From: an uncultured Acidimicrobiales bacterium
GTDB taxonomy: Bacteria; Actinomycetota; Acidimicrobiia; Acidimicrobiales; CALAML01
DNA length: 64,000 nucleotides
Direction of reading: 5' to 3'
Assembly (NCBI GenBank): GCA_937925845.1
Contig: CALAML010000077.1
Span: 6,946 to 70,945 of the forward strand
Shown here: positions 51,270 through 61,199 of the stretch, piece by piece
Numbering within the stretch: position 1 is the stretch's first letter
Layout of the letters: every line of letters starts with the position of its first letter
Made by a program: the position numbers and the translations under genes
The notes under the pieces: model-generated
The model's input: the letters and a program-made list of their open reading frames with translations, nothing else
What the model was told of the DNA's origin: nothing
Databases searched by the model: none

Positions 51270-52331
51270 TCAGCTCGGTGTAGCGGGCCATTCGACCACG
51301 GTGAACCGGCCGAGACCGGTGCTTTCGCACAGGGCTTCGGCTTCGCGGCGACGACTGCGGGCTTTGACCGCGGCCAGGTCGCCGATAGCCGCTCGTTCGG
51401 CCCAGATGGCATCGCCTTCAGCTACTAACTCGTCGATGCCCAGGTCCTTCAGGAAATCGGCCTGGGTGGCGATAATCGACGCGGGAGCGCCGTCGAGGAG
51501 CTGATCGAGACAGACGTCGACGGTGATGTCCTGTTCACCGGGCCGCTGCAGGAAGTGGTCGCCCCGCTGCTGGTGGGCGTAGGTCCGCAGCCATTGCTCC
51601 TGGGGTCGGGAGGCCAGCTCCGCGGTGGTCGCTACCGCGTAGTCGATGATGAGGCTGGCTTGAGGCTCGAGTTGGGATCGCATCGAACCCAACAGTGCGG
51701 CTGCCCGGCGTTGGTCGGGGACTCGGGCCCCGACCTTGGCCTCTGGCACCAGCCGTTCAGCCGAGGCAACCGTCTCTGCAGATGCTGGCGCCAGAACCTC
51801 ACGCCAGCCCGAGTCCTCACCGGGGGCAATACGAACCTCGGCCCAGCCCGTCGCCGTTCGCTCCAACAAGTCGAAGGCCACGTTGTCGAACAGTTCGTTG
51901 GCGATCAGCACCGATGGGCCACCAGCCGGATCGAGCTCGGAGAGCTCAGAATAAGAAGCGATTCCGCCAGGGTGGCGGCCACGTTGGGCCGCCGATCGTT
52001 CCACCGCGTGATACTGCATGGCTCTGCTGCATTCAGGTTGTCCCGCAGCGATCGTTCGGGCCAGCGTTCCCGGTCCTGCTCCGACCTCGACCACGTTGAA
52101 GGCCACCGGCCGGCCCAAAGCGTCCCATTGCCGATCCAACCAGCGGCCGATCAGCTGACCAAAGAGCGGACCCACCTCCGGGGAGGTGATGAAGTCCCGC
52201 CCACTACGGCCCGCGGAACCCTCATCGGTGTAAAAGCCACCTGGCTCCGAATACAGCGCAAGGTCAATGAAGGCGCTCACCGAAATCGGACCGTTCTGCC
52301 CCGCCACCCGAAGCGCCTCATCAACCGACAC
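51270..52331 (-). CDS. Class I SAM-dependent methyltransferase, DUF185 (MidA/NDUFAF7-like)
   Basis: FYTDEGSAGRSGRDFITSPEVGPLFGQLIGRWL and VVEVGAGPGTLA match the NDUFAF7/MidA pattern. Confidence 0.75.
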   Translation of the reverse strand: MSVDEALRVAGQNGPISVSAFIDLALYSEPGGFYTDEGSAGRSGRDFITSPEVGPLFGQLIGRWLDRQWDALGRPVAFNVVEVGAGPGTLARTIAAGQPECSRAMQYHAVERSAAQRGRHPGGIASYSELSELDPAGGPSVLIANELFDNVAFDLLERTATGWAEVRIAPGEDSGWREVLAPASAETVASAERLVPEAKVGARVPDQRRAAALLGSMRSQLEPQASLIIDYAVATTAELASRPQEQWLRTYAHQQRGDHFLQRPGEQDITVDVCLDQLLDGAPASIIATQADFLKDLGIDELVAEGDAIWAERAAIGDLAAVKARSRRREAEALCESTGLGRFTVVEWPATPS

Positions 52332-52519
52332 CTCAACAAAGCTACCGCGCCTATGAAGCCGCGCAGCCTCCCAGACCGGCCTTGAAGTCGTGGCTCGAGG
52401 TGTTGGGTGCTCGTCGGACCAGCGTTATGTCGGTGCGCCGACAGACTCCCGACCCAATCCCGTCCAAGGTGGATTCACCGGCGACGCACCGGGCTTCGCC
52501 CAGAAACGAGGAGCAGTCC

Positions 52520-53038
52520 ATGATCAACTCGACCAAGCCCCGCCGTCGCCGAACGACCGGCGCCGCTCTCTTTATCGTTGTCAGCCTGCTCAGCTCGCTG
52601 GCAGTGTTTGGCAACGCAACTGCCGCCGATGCTGCGCCCGGCTATGACGCGCCCATTCAGCTCGATTCGTCGATTCAGAACCCGTTCATTCACCAGCACA
52701 ACTTCTGGCCGGACTGGCCGGATTGGGAACGATTGCTGAACACCGCTCCGGTATTCAGCGACGCCAGTTGCTATCGCGGAGCCATCTGGGTTGGCTTCGA
52801 CGACCACCAGGCAGATGGCACGCTTGATGTTCAGCTCACCATCGTGCGCGACGGGGTTTCCAGCACCCACACGATGGAGCAATTTCGAGACGAGGCTTAC
52901 TGGAGCCGCGGCCACGGTCGGTTGGACGGATCGGTTGTCACCTCAGCAACGGTTGTTGCCACCGACAAATTCGGCGCCAGCACCACGGTGTCGCTCGACT
53001 ACGACGGAAACTACTGGAGCAACTGCTCCGCCATCTGA
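52520..53038 (+). CDS. Small secreted protein of unknown function (paralogue of 47099-47614)
   Basis: Start at MINSTKPRRRRTTGAALFIVVSLL (ATG at 52520, GAGGAG upstream). Signal peptide ends AADAAPG. Conserved LN.AP.F.D..C and Y....W..C blocks. Confidence 0.65.
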   Translation: MINSTKPRRRRTTGAALFIVVSLLSSLAVFGNATAADAAPGYDAPIQLDSSIQNPFIHQHNFWPDWPDWERLLNTAPVFSDASCYRGAIWVGFDDHQADGTLDVQLTIVRDGVSSTHTMEQFRDEAYWSRGHGRLDGSVVTSATVVATDKFGASTTVSLDYDGNYWSNCSAI

Positions 53039-53055
53039 GCTCCACCCCGGCTCTT

Positions 53056-53088
53056 GACCCACGTTGGCCCATTTGGGCAACGTGGGTC
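53056..53088. terminator. Long hairpin between convergent genes, probably a bidirectional terminator that includes the nuo operon end
   Basis: GACCCACGTTGGCCCA TT TGGGCAACGTGGGTC: about 15 bp with one bulge. Confidence 0.55.
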
Positions 53089-53125
53089 GGGTCCTTGGGC
53101 CGGGAATGGAGGGTTGGCGAAGAGG

Positions 53126-54685
53126 TCAGATGCCAGCGATGTTGCCGGCCAGTTCACCGAAGCGGCCTACCGTTTGGGGTAGCACGCCGAAGAGCACGGT
53201 GAGCACGGCGCAGATAAAGACCGCCGATCGCAGCGACGGTGGCACCGGAACCGGCGAGTTGTCGCCGTCGGGGGCGTCGTTGAACCAGGCCTGGCTGGCG
53301 ATGCGAGCGTAGTAGTAGAGCGCGATCACCGAGTTGAGGGCCATGATGACAGCCAGGGCAATGGCGCCGAGCGATTGATCGGCCACGACCACCCGGAACA
53401 CCTCAAACTTGGCGAACCAACCGCCGAGGGGCGGGATGCCGGCGAGGGCAAACATAAAGATGGTGAGGGCCACGGTGAGCCCGGGGGCGTACTGGAAGCC
53501 GCCACCGAGACTGGAGAGTTCGGCCGAGCCGGTCTTGCGGGCCAGGGTGATCACGACCGCAAACGCACCCAGGTTCATGGCGGTGTAGATCAACAGGTAG
53601 ACCACGATGGCTTCGACGGCATCGCCGGGGTTGGTACCACCAACGGCGAACGGAGCCAGCATGAAGCCGGCCTGGGCCACACCGGAGTAGGCCAGGAGTC
53701 GCACCACGTTGGTTTGGCGCAGGGCGATCAGGTTGCCCACCGTCATGGTGGCTGCCGCCAGAACCCACAGCAGTGGCTCCCAGGCATCGGCCTGGCCGAG
53801 CAGGCCCACAAAGATCATGGTCATGAGGCCAACAAAGCCCGCCGCTTTTGACGACACCGCCAGGAAGGCGGTGATGGGCAGCGGGGCGCCCTGGTAAGTA
53901 TCGGGGGCCCAGGTGTGGAACGGCACTGCGGAGACTTTGAAGCCGAAGCCGACAACGATGAAGACCACGGCCAGCGTCATCAGTGGCGTGTTGGTGGCTA
54001 CCGCGTCGGACGCCGCGATCTCGGTGAGCACGGTGGAGCCGGTGAGCCCAAACAGAATCGACATGCCGTAGAGCAAAATCGCGGACGCGAAGACGCCCAT
54101 CAGGTAGTACTTCATGCCCGCTTCGTGGCTGCGGGCGTCTCGCTTCTTCCAGGCCGCAAGCATGTAGGCCGGAATCGAAAGCAGCTCGAGGGCCACAAAT
54201 ACCGAGATCAGATCCCGGGCCGACGACATCATCACCATGCCGAGGACCGATGCCACCAGCATCGAGTAGTACTCCGATTCCCAGTAGTCGCCTTCGGCGA
54301 TGTCGTTAGTGCTGATCAGCACCACGATGTATGCGCCCAGCAGGAACATGGCCTTGAGCACCAACGAGTAGTCGTCGACGACGTAGGCCCCGCCAGCCGC
54401 ACCCTTGAAGAAGGTGCGGGTGCCGGCATCATCGAGCGCCAACAGGGTGATCGGCACCAGCGGGGCCAGAAGGCCCAGACCGGCGAGCGAGGGGGCCAGC
54501 GCCTTGCCTCGTTCCAGCAGCATGATGTCGACGATGGTCAACAGCGCGCCAACGGCAAGCAGCACCAGCTCCGGGGAGATGGCGAACCAGTCGATGTTTG
54601 GTCGGACGAACTCGCCGAACTGGTCGGGTGCCGCCTGGGCGATGGTCGCCCCGACACTGGAGAACACAGAGGACACAAAAGACAC
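53126..54685 (-). CDS. nuoN: NADH-quinone oxidoreductase subunit N
   Basis: 519 aa polytopic antiporter-like subunit, last gene of the cluster. Confidence 0.88.
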   Translation of the reverse strand: MSFVSSVFSSVGATIAQAAPDQFGEFVRPNIDWFAISPELVLLAVGALLTIVDIMLLERGKALAPSLAGLGLLAPLVPITLLALDDAGTRTFFKGAAGGAYVVDDYSLVLKAMFLLGAYIVVLISTNDIAEGDYWESEYYSMLVASVLGMVMMSSARDLISVFVALELLSIPAYMLAAWKKRDARSHEAGMKYYLMGVFASAILLYGMSILFGLTGSTVLTEIAASDAVATNTPLMTLAVVFIVVGFGFKVSAVPFHTWAPDTYQGAPLPITAFLAVSSKAAGFVGLMTMIFVGLLGQADAWEPLLWVLAAATMTVGNLIALRQTNVVRLLAYSGVAQAGFMLAPFAVGGTNPGDAVEAIVVYLLIYTAMNLGAFAVVITLARKTGSAELSSLGGGFQYAPGLTVALTIFMFALAGIPPLGGWFAKFEVFRVVVADQSLGAIALAVIMALNSVIALYYYARIASQAWFNDAPDGDNSPVPVPPSLRSAVFICAVLTVLFGVLPQTVGRFGELAGNIAGI

Positions 54686-54688
54686 GAT

Positions 54689-56266
54689 CTAGCCCCCGAG
54701 GCTTGCGGCCAGCAGGCCACTGATTGCCGGGTCGGTCACGTCGAGGATCAAGCCAGGCAGCACCCCAAAGAGCACGATGGCGATGAGGATCGGGACCCAA
54801 GCCACCATCTCGGGGCCACCCAAGTCGTGGATGTTGGGGTCGTCTTCGAACTCTTCTGAAGGGGTGCCGAAGGTGGTTCGCTGATAGAGCCACAGCAGGT
54901 AGCCGGCAGCCAGCACGGTTCCGAGGGCGGCGACCACCATGTAGAAGCGAAAGAGCTCAACGTTGAGACCCTCGGCCGGGTTGTAGGCCGACATGATGGC
55001 CGGGAACTCGCCCCAGAACCCGGCGAGGCCGGGAAGTCCAAGCGAAGCCATGGTGCACATGCCGAGGATCCAGCCCATCTTGGGGGCCTGCTTCAGCAGG
55101 CCACCGAGGCGGCGGATCTCGAGGGTGTGGTAGCGCTCCTTGATCGAGCCGGCCACAAAGAACAACATGCCGGTGATCAGACCGTGGGCCACCATGCCGA
55201 ACACCGCGGCGTTGATGCCGAGTTCGGTCAGGGTGGCGATGCCGAGCATCACATAACCCATGTGGGCTACTGACGAGAAGGCGATCAAACGCTTCATGTC
55301 GGTCTGGGCCAGACAGCCAAGGGCACCGTAGATGATGCCGATCACCGCCAAGCCACCGATCCACGGGGCCCAGCTCATGGCCGCTCCGGGCAGGATCGGG
55401 ATGGCGATACGGACAAAGCCGTAGGTGCCGAGCTTTAGCAACACCGCAGCCAGGATGACCGAGCCCTGGGTGGGGGCCTGGGTGTGGGCGTCGGGCAGCC
55501 AGGTGTGGAACGGGAACATCGGCACCTTGATGCCAAAGCCCATAAACATGCCACCGAAGATCCACAGCGCCGTTCCGCTGGCGATGCCGCTGACGGCTGC
55601 GGGCAGGGCCCGCATGTCGAAGGTGTGCTCGCCCAACGTGGTGGTCTCGGCGAGCGCCGCTGGCACCAGCCCGGTGTCGGAGAGGAAGTAGAGGGCCAGG
55701 AAGCTGATGATCATCAGCGCCGAGCCGAACAGGGTGTAGAGGAAGAACTTGATCGAGGCATACTGGCGCTCGGGCCCGCCCCATACGCCGATCATGAAGT
55801 ACATCGGCAACAGCACCACTTCGAAGAACACAAAGAACAGGATCAGGTCCTGGGCCACGAAGCTGCCGAGCATCCCGGTGTGCAGGATGAGGATCAGCAT
55901 CAGGAAGGCTTTGGGGTTGCCCGGCTCGGGGATGTGGTTCCACGAGTAGATGATCACCAGCGGCACAATAAAGAGGGTCAGGGCAATCAGCGGCAGGCTG
56001 AGTCCGTCAAGGCCCACGATGTAGCGGCTGTCGATCAGGTCGATCCACGAGCGGTCCTGAACGAACTGCAGGTCGCCAGCTCGGTCGTAGTCGAAGTCCA
56101 CAAACAGCCAGATGCCGATCGCCGCGGTAACCAGCGTGGTGGCCAGGGCCACCATCTTGTGGGAACCCTCGGACTCTCTGGGGATGGCGGCCATGATGGC
56201 CGCGCCGATCAGCGGCGCAAACACCAGGAGCGTGAGGCCCCAGTCAGTAAGAAATTCGTTCTCCAT
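54689..56266 (-). CDS. nuoM: NADH-quinone oxidoreductase subunit M
   Basis: Starts at MENEFLTDWGLTLLVFAPL (ATG at 56264-56266). Contains FPFHTWLPDAH. The track ORF start at 56500 is too far upstream. Confidence 0.9.
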   Translation of the reverse strand: MENEFLTDWGLTLLVFAPLIGAAIMAAIPRESEGSHKMVALATTLVTAAIGIWLFVDFDYDRAGDLQFVQDRSWIDLIDSRYIVGLDGLSLPLIALTLFIVPLVIIYSWNHIPEPGNPKAFLMLILILHTGMLGSFVAQDLILFFVFFEVVLLPMYFMIGVWGGPERQYASIKFFLYTLFGSALMIISFLALYFLSDTGLVPAALAETTTLGEHTFDMRALPAAVSGIASGTALWIFGGMFMGFGIKVPMFPFHTWLPDAHTQAPTQGSVILAAVLLKLGTYGFVRIAIPILPGAAMSWAPWIGGLAVIGIIYGALGCLAQTDMKRLIAFSSVAHMGYVMLGIATLTELGINAAVFGMVAHGLITGMLFFVAGSIKERYHTLEIRRLGGLLKQAPKMGWILGMCTMASLGLPGLAGFWGEFPAIMSAYNPAEGLNVELFRFYMVVAALGTVLAAGYLLWLYQRTTFGTPSEEFEDDPNIHDLGGPEMVAWVPILIAIVLFGVLPGLILDVTDPAISGLLAASLGG

Positions 56267-56345
56267 AGCTACGTAGTTTTCCTTTGAAGAGCTCGAGAGA
56301 AGCCTGCGAGGTTTGTGGTCAACATGTTTGTCGTGATCGTTGTCA

Positions 56346-58625
56346 TCACACCACCACGATGAAGACGGCGGCCAACACGGTGACTCCGGCGAAGAGCAGC
56401 GCTCCGTACTGCTGCACCTTGCCGGTTTGTATGCCGCGCAGGAGCTGTCCCACGCCGCTGGATCCGGTGCCGCTGCCCTTGACGACGGCGTCCACCACAC
56501 CCTGATCGATGTTCTTGTAGGTCCAGCGTCCGCCGGCGACAGCGCTGCGGCCGGCGCCGTTGACGATTCCGTCGAGCACGTTGGAGTTGAACCAGTTGGT
56601 GGCTCGGGCGATCACACCCTTGGTGCCGCCAGCGATGATGCCGGTGTAGAGGTGGTCGAGGTAGTACTTGTTCTCAAGGAACTTGTAGCCGGCAGCAAAA
56701 AGCTTGTTGCGCTTGGTGAGGCCGTTGGGCAGTTCGGTTACGCCGAGGGCAACGCACTTCTTGTAGTACATCGATGTAGTGAAGATGGCGAGCAGCCCGA
56801 GGCCGATCGACAACAGGGCGATCCAGGTGATGAACCCGGAGTGCTTCACCACCGGGAAGGCTTCGAAGTAGGTGGGCTCCACGTAGTGCAGGAAGCGTTC
56901 GGCGATGTTGTCGGGCAGGTTCTTGAACGGGCCGGTATGGGGCAGGTTAAAGAAGCCGGCGATCACGGCCAGAGCGGAGAGCACCAGCAGTGGCAGCGCC
57001 ATGACCAGCGGCGGATCGTGCGGGTGGTCGTGGCCGCGGTACTCGCCGAAGAACACCAGCCAGATCACCCGGGTCATGTAAGCAGCGGTGAGGAAGGCGA
57101 TGATGCAGCCCATGATGAAGATGATCGGGTAGCCCTGTTCCTGTCCGGCCCAGGCGCCGGCCAACAGCTCATCTTTTGACCAGAACCCAGCCAGTGGCGG
57201 CACACCGGCGAGAGCACCGGTGCCGAGGATGAAGGTCCAGAAGGTGAGCGGCATCTTCTTTCTTAGACCACCCATCTCGGCCTTCATGTCGAAGCTGTGG
57301 TGGCAGGCATGGCTGAGCGCTCCGGCACCGAGGAAGAGGCAGGCCTTAAAGAAGGCGTGGGTGAAGAGGTGGAACACGCCGGCAGTCCAGGCGCCAACAC
57401 CGAGGGCCATCACCATGTAGCCGAGCTGGCTCACCGTTGAGTAGGCCAGCACCTTCTTGATGTCGCGCTGCACAAAGGCCAGGGCGCCGGCCATGATCGT
57501 GGTGAAGCCGCCCATCACCGCCATCAGGTTGATCGACGAGGTGCCGATCGACAACCCTTCCCAGAACACCGGGTAGAGGCGGGCAATCAGGAAGACGCCG
57601 GCAACCACCATGGTGGCGGCGTGGATCAGTGCTGAGACGGGGGTGGGACCGGCCATGGCGTCGGGTAGCCAGGTGTGCAGTGGGAACTGCCCCGACTTGG
57701 ACGCGACTGCGGCCATCAAACAACAGGATGCCACCAACAACACCAGGTGGCTGGTGCCGCCGTTGAGGGCCAGACGGTTGATCTCGAGCACGTCGCTGGT
57801 GCCGAGGGTGACGATCAAGATGGTCACACCCACCAGCAGGCCGATATCGCCGACACGGTTGGTGAGGAACGCCTTCATCGACGCGTCGGTGTTGGCCTTT
57901 TCTTCCCACCAGTGGCCGATCAGCACAAAGCTGCAGAGGCCGACCAACTCCCAGGCCACCAGCATCTGCAGCAGGCTGGACGACACCACATACAGCAGCA
58001 TGGCCGAGGTGAACAGGCTGAGGAAGGCGTAGTAGTGGGTGAACCGCGTGTCGCCCTTGACGTATTCGAGCGAGAACAGATGGACCAGGGTGGAGACCAG
58101 GCCCACGGTGACCAGCATCATCACGGTGAGGCCGTCGACCATGGTGCCCACGGTGATGGTGAGGGCTCCGACGCTCCACCAGTCGGTGTCACGAACCACC
58201 GGCAGGTACTGGCCGCTCTCGCCGCCTTCGGCGTCTACCGCCGCTTCAAAACTCTGGGCCGTTTCGCCGGCACCGTCGTCGACCGAGTCGCCGGCGGCGG
58301 CCTGTTCGCCGGAACCACCGACCGCTTGGTCGAGAACGGCGACCGCAGCTTCGCCGTCGGTCGTGGGCACCGCCTGGTCACGGGCGCTCATCCATTGGGT
58401 CATGGTGAGGAACGACAGCACCAGCACGGCGATGATCGACACCATGCCGATCTCTGCGCCCTCTTTGGGCGCTTTCTTGCCAAAGAGGATGATCAGCACA
58501 AACGAGATGGCCGGGATCAGCGGGATCAGCCACACGTTTTCGAGTAGCCAGCCCGACGACTCGAGCACCGGACCACCGGACTCGACCGCCAACATGTTGA
58601 ACTGGGAAAGGAGGGTTGCGATCAC
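56346..58625 (-). CDS. nuoL: NADH-quinone oxidoreductase subunit L (enlarged, 759 aa)
   Basis: Antiporter-like core (QFPLHTWLPDAMAGPTPVSALIHAATMV) and a C-terminal long-helix region. Carries an acidic insertion after the second TM helix. Confidence 0.9.
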   Translation of the reverse strand: MIATLLSQFNMLAVESGGPVLESSGWLLENVWLIPLIPAISFVLIILFGKKAPKEGAEIGMVSIIAVLVLSFLTMTQWMSARDQAVPTTDGEAAVAVLDQAVGGSGEQAAAGDSVDDGAGETAQSFEAAVDAEGGESGQYLPVVRDTDWWSVGALTITVGTMVDGLTVMMLVTVGLVSTLVHLFSLEYVKGDTRFTHYYAFLSLFTSAMLLYVVSSSLLQMLVAWELVGLCSFVLIGHWWEEKANTDASMKAFLTNRVGDIGLLVGVTILIVTLGTSDVLEINRLALNGGTSHLVLLVASCCLMAAVASKSGQFPLHTWLPDAMAGPTPVSALIHAATMVVAGVFLIARLYPVFWEGLSIGTSSINLMAVMGGFTTIMAGALAFVQRDIKKVLAYSTVSQLGYMVMALGVGAWTAGVFHLFTHAFFKACLFLGAGALSHACHHSFDMKAEMGGLRKKMPLTFWTFILGTGALAGVPPLAGFWSKDELLAGAWAGQEQGYPIIFIMGCIIAFLTAAYMTRVIWLVFFGEYRGHDHPHDPPLVMALPLLVLSALAVIAGFFNLPHTGPFKNLPDNIAERFLHYVEPTYFEAFPVVKHSGFITWIALLSIGLGLLAIFTTSMYYKKCVALGVTELPNGLTKRNKLFAAGYKFLENKYYLDHLYTGIIAGGTKGVIARATNWFNSNVLDGIVNGAGRSAVAGGRWTYKNIDQGVVDAVVKGSGTGSSGVGQLLRGIQTGKVQQYGALLFAGVTVLAAVFIVVV

Positions 58626-58626
58626 G

Positions 58627-58926
58627 TCAGCCCTTCATCAGGTCGACCTGGTCAAGGTCGACGCTGCGCTTGTTGCGATAAATCATGATCACCAGGGCCA
58701 GTCCTACCCCGACTTCGGCGGCGGCCACGGCGATGACAAACAGGGCAAAGACGTGGCCAAAGGTCACGTCGTGAAGTTGGCCGAAGGCCACCAGGTTGAT
58801 GTTGACGGCGTTGAGGATCAGCTCAACCGACATCAGCACCATCACCGCGTTGCGGCGGGCGATCACGCCGTAGACGCCAATACAGAACAGGATTGCTGCG
58901 AGCAGCAGGAATTGGTTCAAAAGCAC
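58627..58926 (-). CDS. nuoK: NADH-quinone oxidoreductase subunit K
   Basis: 99 aa with 3 TM helices. Conserved Glu residues ([20 protein letters not shown]). Confidence 0.92.
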   Translation of the reverse strand: MLLNQFLLLAAILFCIGVYGVIARRNAVMVLMSVELILNAVNINLVAFGQLHDVTFGHVFALFVIAVAAAEVGVGLALVIMIYRNKRSVDLDQVDLMKG

Positions 58927-58940
58927 GCCGCGACTCCCCT

Positions 58941-59633
58941 CTACTCTTTCCGGGCCAACACGATGGCCCCGATCAGCGCCGCCAGCAACAACACCGAGAT
59001 CGCCTCGAAGGGGATGATGTAGGTGCTGAAGATGGTGTCGCTGACCTCTTCGGTGTCCTGGACGCCGTTAAACAAGCTGGCCCGCGCTTCGATGATTTCG
59101 GCCACCTGGTCGTCGTAGTTGTCGTCCTGCGGGTCAAGCTCGTCGAACAGACCGGGCTCGTTCTCCAGGGCGTACTCCACCAGGGCCGGGTCATCGGCGC
59201 CGTCAAAGAGCGGTTCGGGCAGCTTCTGGTCGTCGAACTGGTCCCACAGGGCAAAGCTCATGACCGCCAGCAGCGCCACCGCGGTGATGACTGCGGGAAG
59301 CCGGTAGTTGTTGTTGAGGTTCTGGTCTTCACCGAGGCGGGCCTCGGTGAGCATGATTCCGAACAGCAACAGCACCACGATGGCGCCGATGTACACCAGC
59401 ACCTGGGTAACGGCGATGAACTCGGCGGTCAGCAGGATGTAGATGGCGGCGACGCCGGCCAGTACCAGCACCAGGTGAAGGGCGGCGTGGACCACGTTTT
59501 TGGTGGTGACCACCCGGATGGCCGAAAACACCATGATGATGGCGATGATCGAAAAGAAGATGTTCTGGGCAACGAGGGTGTCGCCGCCTTCGGCGCTGAG
59601 TTGGGCCAGCGTCGAAAATGCCAGTTGGCTCAA
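58941..59633 (-). CDS. nuoJ: NADH-quinone oxidoreductase subunit J
   Basis: 230 aa with the N-terminal NuoJ TM pattern ([41 protein letters not shown]). Confidence 0.85.
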   Translation of the reverse strand: MSQLAFSTLAQLSAEGGDTLVAQNIFFSIIAIIMVFSAIRVVTTKNVVHAALHLVLVLAGVAAIYILLTAEFIAVTQVLVYIGAIVVLLLFGIMLTEARLGEDQNLNNNYRLPAVITAVALLAVMSFALWDQFDDQKLPEPLFDGADDPALVEYALENEPGLFDELDPQDDNYDDQVAEIIEARASLFNGVQDTEEVSDTIFSTYIIPFEAISVLLLAALIGAIVLARKE

Positions 59634-60130
59634 CGGGGCACCTTCTTCACCTTGGCTTCCGAGCCGGCCTCATAGGGCAGGTAGTCGGGGACGGTGTCCA
59701 TCCACTCGTTGAGGCGCTCTTCGTCGTGCAAGAGGTTGGCGATGTGGAACTCGGAGTATTCAAACTCCGGGCTCCAGAAGAGGGCGTCGAAGGGGCAGAC
59801 CTCTACGCAGATGCCGCAGTACATGCACAGCGCGTAGTCGATGTCGAAGCGGTCGAGGGCGGCGACGGTGCGGGGCTTGCCACCTTCGCGACGCGGCGGT
59901 GCCTTCTCCTTGTGGCCTTCGATGTAGATGCACCAGTCGGGGCAGCTGCGCGAGCACAGCATGCATACGGTGCAGTTCTCGCTCTTGAGCGCGATAACGC
60001 CGCGGGCGCGCGTCGGTGGCTCTTCCTTCTCGCGTGGGTACTCAACCGTCACCGAGCCGTCTTTGACGGTGGTGAAGAGGGTCTTCATGGTGACCCCGAG
60101 GCCAGTGACCAGACCGGGAAGCTTTGGCAT
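59630..60130 (-). CDS. nuoI: NADH-quinone oxidoreductase subunit I (2x[4Fe-4S] ferredoxin-type)
   Basis: [12 protein letters not shown] and [12 protein letters not shown]. Confidence 0.93.
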   Translation of the reverse strand: MPKLPGLVTGLGVTMKTLFTTVKDGSVTVEYPREKEEPPTRARGVIALKSENCTVCMLCSRSCPDWCIYIEGHKEKAPPRREGGKPRTVAALDRFDIDYALCMYCGICVEVCPFDALFWSPEFEYSEFHIANLLHDEERLNEWMDTVPDYLPYEAGSEAKVKKVPR

Positions 60131-60131
60131 C

Positions 60132-61199
60132 TTAGAAAACCACCTTCAGGATGCCGGTGACCACAATGTTGGCCAGCGCGAGCGGAATGAGGAACTTCCA
60201 GGCGAATTGCTGGAGTTGATCTTCACGGAATCGGGGGTAGCTGAAGCGCACCCAGAAGATAAGGAAGGCCACCGCCATGGTTTTTCCGAACAACACCAGG
60301 GGGCCGACGATGTGCATGATGCCGGCGTCGAGGTCGACAAACGGGATGGCCCAACCGCCGAGGAAGAGGGTGGAGGCGATGGCCGAGAAGCCGAAGGCGG
60401 CACCAAATTCGGCGATGTAGAAGAACAGGAACTGCAGGCCGGAATACTCCACCTGCCAACCACCAACCACTTCGGATTCCGCCACCGGCATATCGAACGG
60501 CGGCTGGGTGAGCTCGGCCTGGATCGAAATCATAAACAGCAGGAAGCCGACAAACTGGGTGATGATATAGGGGCTACCGATGCCACCCCAGCCGAAGATT
60601 TCGCCGGAGTGCTGGGCCACCACGATGTCTTGCAGGTTGAGCGAACCGGCCTGGATAACCACACCGATAACGGCAAGGACCAGCGGGAGTTCGTAGGCGA
60701 TCAGCTGGCCGCCGGCTCGGATACCGCCGATCAGGGCGTACTTGTTGGCGCTGGACCAACCGGCCATCAACACACCAACGACCGACAGCGACGACACCGC
60801 GAGGGCATAGAAGATGCCGGTCCGGAGGTTGGCGGCAAACCCGTTGGGGCCCACCGGGATCACCACGAACACCATGAAGGTGGCGATCAGCGACACCACC
60901 GGCGCCAGGGCGTAGACCCTGCGGTCGGCCGCACTCGGGGCCAGGAGTTCCTTCTGAATGAACTTGAGGCCATCGGCCATGAGCTGGAGGGCACCGTAGG
61001 GGCCGGCTTCCATCGGACCCATGCGGCTCTGCATGCCGGCCATCATTTTGAACAGGAAGGTCTGGACCACGATGGCGGTGGCGGTGGGCACGATGACCAG
61101 CGCCAGCACCACCTTGATGGTGGTCTGCTGCCAATAGGCCAGCTCGAAGCCGAGGACGGGGTCGACCAGCGCGGCCGCGGTCATGGACGCGGTACTCAT
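60132..61199 (-). CDS. nuoH: NADH-quinone oxidoreductase subunit H
   Basis: 355 aa with the NuoH/ND1 pattern ([47 protein letters not shown]). Its ATG overlaps the nuoD TGA. Confidence 0.93.
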   Translation of the reverse strand: MSTASMTAAALVDPVLGFELAYWQQTTIKVVLALVIVPTATAIVVQTFLFKMMAGMQSRMGPMEAGPYGALQLMADGLKFIQKELLAPSAADRRVYALAPVVSLIATFMVFVVIPVGPNGFAANLRTGIFYALAVSSLSVVGVLMAGWSSANKYALIGGIRAGGQLIAYELPLVLAVIGVVIQAGSLNLQDIVVAQHSGEIFGWGGIGSPYIITQFVGFLLFMISIQAELTQPPFDMPVAESEVVGGWQVEYSGLQFLFFYIAEFGAAFGFSAIASTLFLGGWAIPFVDLDAGIMHIVGPLVLFGKTMAVAFLIFWVRFSYPRFREDQLQQFAWKFLIPLALANIVVTGILKVVF

